A stretch of 64,000 nucleotides of DNA from Trichinella spiralis (Eukaryota): assembly GCF_000181795.1 (NCBI RefSeq), contig NW_003526943.1:8783472-8847471 (forward strand), written 5' to 3'. A program made the position numbers and the translations under genes. Below are positions 53,877-64,000 of the stretch, in pieces (positions within the stretch are counted from its first letter, which is position 1; each line of letters opens with the position of its first letter). The notes under the pieces are model-generated. The model saw only the letters and a list, made by a program, of their open reading frames with translations, was not told where the DNA came from and made no database searches.

Positions 53877-56291
53877 CAATGCACATGTCTCATCAGCATC
53901 ATCATCATTATTATTTACGTGAATAATTTCCTTCTTTTACTTTGTCATATGGTTTATTTATTTATTTTATGCTCAGTTTTAAAATAATATTATCCTTTTT
54001 GTGCTGTTGGTGCAATGAGCTTCTCCTGTGTCTGTTCCACTTTTGGCACATGTCCATGAAGCTAATTTCAATCGATCTTGGAGGTTCGGCTAGTTTCATC
54101 CCAACTCGGCTCCATTGTCAATAATTTTGCTGCATCGATTATTGTTGGCATTTTAAAGTAGACGACGATGACCGCTTGCAGAGCTTTTGGTCAACTTTGC
54201 CGCCAAGGAAAGTGATTTCACAATTGACAAAGTGAATTAGCAAACTGGACGAGCACTTTCTTCAATCAATGCTTCACAATTCGCCGGCGATTATGCCGCA
54301 AAATAAATAATATTCTTCTTCTTCTTCTGCTTGCTGCTGCTGCTGCCGCTTGATGTTCACTTTAATCATATATTCGGATGCTAATTATTACATCTACAAT
54401 AACAACAACAACAACACCAACAAGAAGAAATATGAATTTACTAGCTCGTTATTTATTTTCCCATTTTGCTTTTCTCCATTCCATATACACTGCCTGTCAT
54501 AGACAGACGTCGATATTTTTCGATCTAATTAGAAAAAATAATTTCCTCTAATTTTCTGGTGTGTTTTTATCTTCTCATCTTATTATCTTTTTTTTTCCTT
54601 TTAAAAAATTATTCTTTAGCTGATTTCTTGCCCCTTTCTTTTCAATCTCGTGTCAGAACAAATTTATATGCAACTGTTGCAATTGAAAATTGACTTTAAT
54701 TGCAATTTTATTATGATTGCGCAATAAAACGTTTCACGCCTTTTAATTTGAATTCTAACTGATGACCAACAATACCATCTTCAATGCACCACATCATTGT
54801 TTTATAGTACATCTTATAAACAAGCTTTGTTCTTGAGATTATTTTACAATCAGCTTGTCCGTCTTATCATATTCAAAAATTTTTCACTGGTCAATAAATT
54901 CGATTTTTTAGATTTTTTTTCCTTTTTGAACTAACAAAACTGATTTCTAGAGCAATTGCAAAAACAGTCTCAAAATTGTCAATTGATTTATTTCACGCAA
55001 TATTGCTTGCTTTTTGTTATTAATGATTTGAAAATTTTCACATCCTTAAACTAGAATGAACAACATTAAAACATCTAATTTTATTACTCAAAATTCATTT
55101 TGGCAGTTATTTATTTCAATTTTGTAAATTCTGATATTTCATTTTTATTTGTTAATTTCAATGCATTTTACTTCATCTCAAACAATGTGCCGTCTTCAGT
55201 TCTGCTCATAAGAATATTTATTTTATTAAACGCAGTAACACATCTTTTTTACCTGTCTACAAGAATAATCAATGCTGCACTTTATTAGTTATTTGTTAAT
55301 TTTACGCTTAAAATGTCTATTGAGTAGTTTTTTTAATTTATAATAATTGCATTTATTAATAACACCATATAAATTTAAAGAATTTTTTAAAATTGACGAC
55401 TTCAGTGAAATTAGCATTTCATATGAAATGCTTTCGAATATAAATGTAAGCATGCAAAAAATTGCAAACATCTGGTTTTGCCAAAATTACATCAAATTGT
55501 TGAAATAAACTTCCAATATATAGGCATTGTATCTTCATTAATTAAGAATGTCTCATCAATTAATTATGTCCATTTTTCGGCAAGGAAAAATAAATGTTTT
55601 ATTCATCTCATATATTCTTCATTCATTAAGAAAGCATTGGATGAAATTTTTTGCAATATAATTTTCAAATATAAAAAATAAATTCTAAAATTTTGCTGTT
55701 ACGATTAAAGTTGAAATGCTTGATAAAAATGATAACGTTGTATGTATATATATATATATGTGTGTGTGTGTATAATGTATATAGATAGTGTGATGGAGAT
55801 AGAAAAAGTCAAAGCACATTTTCTTTTCACTTAATATTCTGAACGTAATTCAGAAGGGATTACTTGTTTGCGTTAAATTTCAATATTCTGTCAAAATTAC
55901 CAACAGGTGTTGATTTCGTATCAAAATGTCATCGTTTCCTCCAAGAGTCAAGTGTGTAATTTCGTGTCAGCTGTAAAAGTTGGAGTAAATCACGGATATT
56001 GGAATAAAAATTCCTTCCTATACCTAAATAATTGAACAAACAACTGCTTTTCTGTCATTCTGTCCACATGCAATTTCATAAAAATAAATCTCCCATTTTA
56101 TTATAACACATATTTGCATAGTTTTATTTAGATTTTCCTATTCACTTGCTAACACAATTTAACATCAGATATTAATCTGAAGAAAGTTTAACGAATATTT
56201 ACAAAGAAAAATTGCATCAAACTGCTAGAAAGAGATGCACGATTTTTTCTTAATTTTATTTAAATTTATTTTTTCTTTTACATTATTTTGT

Positions 56292-56292
<1 letters not shown>

Positions 56293-56330
<38 letters not shown>
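56293..56330. repeat. (TA)n microsatellite
   Basis: Directly visible. Confidence 0.9.
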
Positions 56331-56333
<3 letters not shown>

Positions 56334-57327
56334 GTATGTATGTAATCAAAATACATTATTATAGACAAGTGGGACTTTTCAAAGATGTTCGATAATCCAT
56401 TTAAGAAAATCAATTAATAATTTATGTGCTTAATATTTGTTTATATAACAAAGTTTGTGTAAAAATACACTTAACTAAAAAGTAATACATGACAGTATAT
56501 TTGTTATAAAGCCTGTTCAAGATGGAAGCTGAAAGTGAACTTTGTATAAATTTATTGGATGATAAAATAACCTATCTTGCAAGGATGTAGTGAATCATGC
56601 ATATTTATTTTATGTTTCATTCTTTTCTTTTTTTGGTTTCAACAACATCAAACAAAAATTACAATTATTTTACTTTTGTTCAGAAAACAATTTTTAATCA
56701 ATTTGATAAATAACTTCTCAAGTTCTTTCGTGTGATCATCTGAAATGCTTTTCTTGAAGCAAATTACACAACCATACAGTAAACAAACATGTAGCAAACA
56801 GTGAATATGAACTCACCAACCATAACTGATTAGGCAATCAACTTTCCACAATTAATATACTAAAATAAAACTTGCATTCTATAAAAGAAATACAGTATTC
56901 TCAACAAATTATTGCAAGCTGCTAATTTAATTTTAATTACATTATGTTTTATTCTTTCTTATTTATTGACATTGATTTCAGTTTTATTAATAATAATTCC
57001 AACTGTAACATCTGATTTTATCATCGCTTTGCAGTATTAACAAAGAATTTACGAAAGTGTTCAATTACATAATATTACAAATTATGCTCTAATGTTTGTT
57101 GTTTATAAGCGGATTTTCATTTTGTATGCCATAATTTTGTCGAACAGCTTCGTATTTCAGCAACATCAGCATTATTTAATGAAAACTTTTCGTTACTTTT
57201 TTTTCCAATAAATTTTCATTGGTAGCTGAAAATTTTTCGTAAAAGCATCCTATATCATCGTGCGACAGTTGCATTTTTCAGTGAAAATTTTATACCAAAA
57301 AACAATTTCAGTTTGATCAGCTCACAA

Positions 57328-57912
57328 ATGTTACGAAAATGTTCCACAAGGTGTTTTCACGCATCTGTGAAATGCCGTGATATAATGGAATTTTTTGACA
57401 CTCCCAACAACTGGGGTAAATCTTCTGTCACGACCGGTCGCCCGTGGAGGAAAAAAGAATTACGAATGAAAAGCAATGTTGATTTGCACAAATTGTGGTT
57501 CATCTTGCTGAAAGAAAGGAACATGCTGCTGACTATGGAACGAGCCGCCAAAGACGAGGTGGAATATTTTCCATCTCCTGAACGTTTGCACAAAGTGGAG
57601 ATCAGTATGGAAAATTTGCAGGATGTGGTTCATGAAAGAAATGACGCGTACATGCAGCTTACCGTTGGTAAGCCTGCGGAACGACCGTGGAAATGGGTTA
57701 CGAATTTTCTGGGATTTCGAGTTAAGAAATATCTCACTGAGCACGACAGTCCTCCTAAAGATGGCGAAGAAGAATTTGAAGAACCGTACATCGACGACGA
57801 TGCGCGTTCATTTCAGAAGCTTTGGAAAGAGAAACAGTACACTGACAAGCGGGAAAAATTAGACGTAGAACTTCGTGATGCAAGGAAGCACAAATTTGTA
57901 TACCGATATTGA
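57328..57912 (+). CDS. MRPL47: 39S mitochondrial ribosomal protein L47 (uL29m), intronless
   Basis: Presequence MLRKCSTRCFHASVKC, then EFFD, GRPWRKKELRMKSNVDLHKLWFILLKERNMLLT, SPERLHKV..SMENL..VV.ER. A tttcag acceptor lies at 57306-57311. Confidence 0.95.
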   Translation: MLRKCSTRCFHASVKCRDIMEFFDTPNNWGKSSVTTGRPWRKKELRMKSNVDLHKLWFILLKERNMLLTMERAAKDEVEYFPSPERLHKVEISMENLQDVVHERNDAYMQLTVGKPAERPWKWVTNFLGFRVKKYLTEHDSPPKDGEEEFEEPYIDDDARSFQKLWKEKQYTDKREKLDVELRDARKHKFVYRY

Positions 57913-57980
57913 ACAAGTATCAATCATATAAAGTAAATTTATTCATTTCAGTTATTCTGTTATTTCGTTGAATTTCATCA

Positions 57981-58590
<610 letters not shown>

Positions 58591-58710
58591 TCAATTATTA
58601 TATTCAAAATAAAAACAAACAACTTTCGGTGATATAATTATGGAATATAACCATAGTAAAACAAAAAAGAACACACTAAAAATCAGTCAAACTTTAATAA
58701 AATATAAAGT

Positions 58711-59731
58711 TCATTCAAGTATGTGAATGGTTTCAAAATTTTGAATAGACTGTAAATCACCCAAATGTTTCCACCAAAGAAACAAAAATTTCTTTGCAAT
58801 TAGACGAAACCACGGTGCAAATTGCATAATTTCAGGCTTTCGATCACTCAATTCTGAAATCGGAAATGCAACTTTTATCGAAATCAACCGCTGTGCATGC
58901 ATACCTAGCAATTCCTTCAACTGAGCTTCTTCGACGTACTGAATAAGCTCTACTTCATTAAAATTCGGTTCGATAAGCAAATCTGATCGAACAAAAAACA
59001 CATAATCCAATTCGTGTTCACCCAAACTTTCATTAAACTGTGCTTTGTAAATGAAACGATCGATGAAGTGGAATGATTCCAAGGGTATCTGAAAATGATT
59101 CAAAATACCAACCACAGTGTTCAATAATATCAAATTGCGCAATCAACCGTCAATCACTACTGAACATAAAAACAAAAATTTACAATTCACCAGTGGAATT
59201 TTAAATTCTTCGCTCATTCTGCGCTGCGCAGCGCATTTGATTCCAGAAAATGGTGGATCACTGCTCGTTTCATCCGGCATAAATCTGGGATGACTGCAGC
59301 ATGCATTACTCCAATAACCTTAACTCAAACGAAAAATTTATTATATCAATTAAATCTCTGCATAAATGCACAACAACTACCGGGAAATGTTGCTTTAGAA
59401 GAAGCTCTTTTTTGAATCAACATGCGTCCATCAGAATGAAACAGAAAAACACTAAACGCTCTGTGAAGAGCGACTAAAACAATCTCGTAAATGTATAATC
59501 AAAAAAGAAAATGAAAATAAAAACGAACCATCATCTTGAATTAACTTCCAGTTGTGGGCATCTTCAATACTTATACTTCCAAGGCAGTGATCGCGACGAT
59601 CAACAGCCACACAATTTACAGACGAATGACAAAAACGTGGCTTTACACTCCAGGGCAACCGCTTAACCCACCTCGAAATGCATTAATGTAAAATTAAAGA
59701 CACATCTTTCAAAAATATCTTACCTAAGCAT
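58711..59731 (-). CDS. IDI1: Isopentenyl-diphosphate delta-isomerase type 1, 6 exons
   Basis: LHRAFSVFLF, QKRASSKATFPGYWSNACCSHP, AAQRR..EE, GEHELDY, PNFNEV, APWF.LI. Start ATG CTT AG|gtaag at 59731. Confidence 0.92.
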
Positions 59732-59953
59732 AAGAATAGTAAAAAATAAAAAATATTTTTAACTTATATACGTATCCGTATTTAATATAAAGTCTTTTCA
59801 AAGGCTAAAGACAACAATAAAGACCGTTATCACTTAATGCTGCATTGTAATATACAACATCAAAAGAAAATCTAAATTTCAGACTCTCAGAACATAATCA
59901 TTTTTAAAATAAAAAGAAAACGTTCCAAACATGTCTCAATAAAAGTCATAATC

Positions 59954-59984
59954 TTACTGTAGCTCTGGACACGTCCTACAGTAA
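59954..59984. promoter_or_regulatory. Inverted repeat TTACTGTAG-N13-CTACAGTAA upstream of IDI1
   Basis: Perfect 9-bp inverted repeat ~220 bp upstream of the IDI1 ATG. A regulatory role is inferred only. Confidence 0.4.
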
Positions 59985-61262
59985 AAATAAATATAATAAA
60001 GTTTTATAAATATTTGACTAATTCAACAATAAAACAGTGTATGATAACTGAAGAATAATAATATTGGAAGCAAAAAAATAATATTTTATGCGGCAAAATC
60101 AAATGGAAAATTCAAAGCAGCATGATATTGAATGTAATAGAAATTGTTTGCTATTGCTTGAAAACAGCTTTGCATTGCGATCACATCTTGGGCAAGTCAA
60201 GACAACAACAGTGGATATAGGCTAATTTAAGCAAAAAGCTGCCCACCCAGTTGTTGTTCTCTGTGATCGAGTCAGTTGTAATGTTTTTTTTAATGCTGCT
60301 TGTTCAGCTGAGAGGTATTGTTGAATTACAGATAGTTATTTCAGTTTACAAGTGATACACACAGTCGCAAATGTTTGCTTGCGTTAAACTTCTCATTTTT
60401 GTTCAATATCATATTATCAGTGCTATTTGTGTTCAACGAATCACATTTCATATTGCACCCAAATGCATGTAATTTCTCAAATTACGCACATCATTCACAC
60501 AGTGTGTGTGATAAATTCGTTCAATTTCAACTGTTGAATTTTCCTTCGGAAAAGAAACATTTTATTCAATAGAAAAAATAACAGTACAAATTTTTCAATT
60601 AAATTTGCATAAAATTTTAAACTAATGCCGTTATGCACAAAAATCATAACGAAACTGCGATTGGCAACAGGAGAGAAAAAATAAAAACAATAAAGCGGTA
60701 GGTAGAAACATGATAAACTACAAAGCAGTGTAAAAAAACAAACAAATAAACATATTATTCTTAAAAATAATACCAATAAGTACTACTGAAAATGAATAAA
60801 GTAGTTCGTCATTTCGTCTTGAGGAGTGGTGTATGTATTTTACAAGCGGCGTTAACATTCGAAAAAAAGAATTACATTATAAAAAGAAAAAAAACATTAT
60901 AAAACATCCTGAATGGAAGTACCCACGGCATTGCCATATTTCCAATTTACATTGTATAATAGAATATGAGACAGAAGGAGAAAAGAGCAATATTTCACAG
61001 AATGAATAAAAAAGAAAGGTGCAAAATACTTTTTTTTCACACATGAATTGGACGGAAGCTGAAGTGAATATAACAGAAAAAATAGAAAGAAGAAGAAGCA
61101 ACTTCGATGATAAACATTCAACAGCATTTCAAAAGAATATTGATAATTGATTATCTCATATTCACTGCAGCTTTTTTAGAATTTAAAAAACGAATAAATG
61201 CTAGTAGGCATTTTTGTACTAACTGATAATGAACAAATTGTACAACAACAAGTAAAGTAAGC

Positions 61263-64000
61263 TCAGTCTGAGCATATGCGGTAGAAAATAAGTCTGTATT
61301 CGACAAAAGACGAACCAGCTTCATCTTCGGGCAGGAGACATAACTATTTTTTAGAAAAAATAATAAATAAATGAAAATTAATTCAATAAATTGAAAAAAA
61401 AACTTACTGTAGTGGACGGACCAATTCTGAATTTATATGCACTCAACACGTACGCCCCAACAGGAAGTTCCCAAGTGTCATGCTGCCTCTGTGAAATAAA
61501 CAAAAAGCAACAATAAATAAATAAATTAATTAATCAGAATTTCTTCTTCTCACCTGTTGCACTGCAGTTGCAAAGCTGAGCTCCATGTCAGGCACATTGA
61601 TGCTTTTGTTGTCTCCAAAATGAGCATCATCAATGCCACTGCAAAATTCGCCCGTCTCGGCAGAACAATACTGCATTTGTTCTTTGTCGCTGACGCTACA
61701 GAGAAGAGAAGCGATTAATTGTACAAAAATACAACATCTTTTTCATTTTTATAATATATGAAAAAGAAAATTCACAATAACAACATACTCAAATTGGATT
61801 TCCAACGAAATGTGAGGCATGTACTTGGATACTGGTATGACGTAGGTGAAGTTTCCCCTCCTCGGATCTTCGCACATGTGGCCAAAACAGTAACGTGAAT
61901 CGATGGTCACGTTCAGATTGAGTATTTTGAACGTCGGCAAATAGAGAGGCAAAACTGGAATGAAAAATCAGTAAAACATATGAATAGAAAAAAAATGAAT
62001 TAAAAAAAAATTCGTCGTATACTCACAGCCACGCCTTCTGTAACTCTCCGTTGACCAATAACGTCTGGTTGGTTCAGTTGAAAGCTGATGATCGGTTTGT
62101 TTTTTCGTCGAAGATGCCGTGGTCGAGTCCAACAGAATTTGATTGTTGGTTTCCATTCGATTTTGTTGAAAATCTAAACCAATAAAATAATAAAAGAGAA
62201 ATTAAAAAAGAATTATATATACTTACACGCACCGACCGGCAGAAATTCTTTTTGCTTCATCAGTACAATTACAGGCAATTCAGATCCGTGCATATTTTCG
62301 AAATGATCAGAAATGTATGACGAATGCAAATTCGAACAGCAGAACTGTTCACAGGGAAGTTTGTTGCACGGGACACTGAGCGGCACCACCGTGTCCGGCT
62401 TGTATTGCAAATCCGGTGCCGAAGTCACTTGCATGGACACTGGATAGCAAATGGATATTATTAATTAATAATGCAATAATTGATTAAATGTGCAAAAGAA
62501 AATTACTCAATCCGAGATTGGGAAAAGCATCGGCTTCGGCGGCTAATTCGATTTCAGTTTTCAACCGATTCGGCAACGAAACCGACAAAATGTCGTGATT
62601 TCTCATCGAGTGTCGTTTGTGCCAGTCGAGCACGTAAAGCGTCGCCATGGAAATCAAGCAAAACGTCATCACCAGTACGAGTACAACAATGGTCGCTTGG
62701 ATCACTTTGTTGCTGCACAGACCACGATCAACGGCCACACGACCACCGCCACATCGGTGTTTGTTGTAACTGAAAATGGAATTGGATTAATTTCAAATAT
62801 CTCTGTATTTCCTTATTTATGCAAATTTTGACAATTACAAATAATTCTTGCGATCACGATTGGAGGCGGCATATTTGGATTTAGCATCGCTGTAGCGATT
62901 TCCAACTTTACCAACGCCGCCAGATTCCGCTTGTGAACCAGAAGGAGCGGTCATTACTGAACTTAAACTGCACGACAAAACGGAACTAAAACGAATACAT
63001 GTATATGATGCATACAGAATGATTCTTTTTTTTTCTTTCTTTTTGCATAAATGAATCAAAATAAAAGTCTTCTTCCTACCCTTCACCAAAGGTACTCAAC
63101 GAAGAACGCATCGAATCGAATCGTTTCAACTTGTTCAATTTGGATAATTTTTTGCTAATTTTCTCAACCTCGTCAATTTTGTATTCCAAATTTCCCGTCA
63201 ATCGGCAAAGTTCTTTCACAGCGGCGGCGCTTTCATAAAATATCCTACTCTGAAAAAGGGGAAAATGGGGGATTATCAATATTAATCGAATAAAAATATT
63301 ACACAACAATAACAACAACAGAGCATACATACATCGTCTACTGTCAAAAATTCTCCGTTGCTTTTCACGGCGTCCGGCAGAACGTCGTTCACTTCTTGTG
63401 CAATCACGCCAACCCGCTGGCAGTCCTCAGCCGGAAGCTGCCACTGTTGCGATACTTCGGGACGAATTTCATATTGAACAATTCGAATCTGCGACAATCT
63501 GGACAACGCTTCAGCACAGTTCACCTGAAATTGAATTTGAATCACAAACAAAATTTTCTTTTTTTTTAAAAAAAATAATAAATTCACCTCTTTTATATTT
63601 TGCTTCAGCCTCGCATCCGAAGGGTGATACAAATTGCCAGTGCAAGATATATCGCCGGAAACTGTCAACGCTGCAGTCGGTCGATCAGTTCCAACTCCAA
63701 CAGGACCCTGTAAAAGTGAAAAAAAATTTCCAATAAGTATGCATAACTGTAAGCGAAGATATATATAATTGAGAAATTACCGGGTGAAATATTGAATTAT
63801 TCACTTGTCCTTTTTGCCAATGAGTTTCCGTCTCACCATTATCAAATTGACCAGGATTGGAAGCCTGAAGACAAACAACCAAAGAAAATTATATTAATAT
63901 ACTACAAAAAAAAGATTACAATATATGCTTACTCGAACAATCACTTTCTCGGAATTGTACGCCAAGATGGTGTACTTTTCACCGTTCGGAGTGACCGCAC
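61263..64000 (-). CDS. MYRF: Myelin regulatory factor (MYRF / myrf-1, pqn-47-like), 3' part; continues beyond the window
   Basis: End of NDT80 domain (SEKVIVRASNPGQFD); ICA/peptidase S74 domain with G.LYHPSDARLK (Ser-Lys dyad), VGVIAQEV..VLPDAV, RIFYE..AAVKELCRLTGNLE; TM segment IQATIVVLVLVMTFCLISMATLYVL; MRF_C2 end WELPVGAY..SAYKFRIG...YRLIFYRICSD*. Confidence 0.95.

Noticed and set aside
55000..56000. Exon-like minus-strand segments as the missing VPS18 N-terminus
   Set aside because: The ~55901-55970 segment has stops in all three frames, and the others do not join into a VPS18-like frame.
60375..61127. Phe/Leu/Cys-rich ORFs resembling membrane proteins
   Set aside because: Products of the U-rich MYRF 3' UTR composition.

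Overview
AT-rich eukaryotic DNA with many 45-70 nt GT..AG introns. The gene content (ZP-domain matrix protein, lipocalin-related protein, FLP neuropeptide, MYRF) points to a nematode, and a clade I worm such as Trichinella is my inference. I assembled about 15 protein-coding genes by hand. In order: an orphan coiled-coil gene; a large EGF+ZP+TM (fbn-1-like) gene; an intronless phosphofructokinase; a Tudor/zinc-finger (PHF20/MBD-R2-like) gene; CDK10; SRSF1; a nitrobindin/THAP4-like gene; an lpr-type lipocalin; a 3-exon FMRFamide-like precursor; a VPS18 homolog; an intronless GPI-anchored Cys-rich protein; MRPL47; RPL27A; IDI1; and the 3' part of MYRF. The most notable observations are: (1) the PFK has an intact ORF but has lost two catalytic-site residues (SIDND->SIHND, MGR->MGL), so it is a candidate pseudoenzyme; (2) the FLP precursor, mostly missed by the ORF track, encodes KNEFVRFamide plus ATDKGGKALFVRFamide; (3) the PHF20-like protein carries an extra TTF-type zinc finger and has no PHD finger; (4) the VPS18 appears to lack its N-terminal propeller; (5) the nitrobindin may be secreted and the IDI1 may be mitochondrial. 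No prokaryotic systems, CRISPR arrays, tRNAs or rRNAs were seen. All homology calls come from motif recognition by eye, not database searches.
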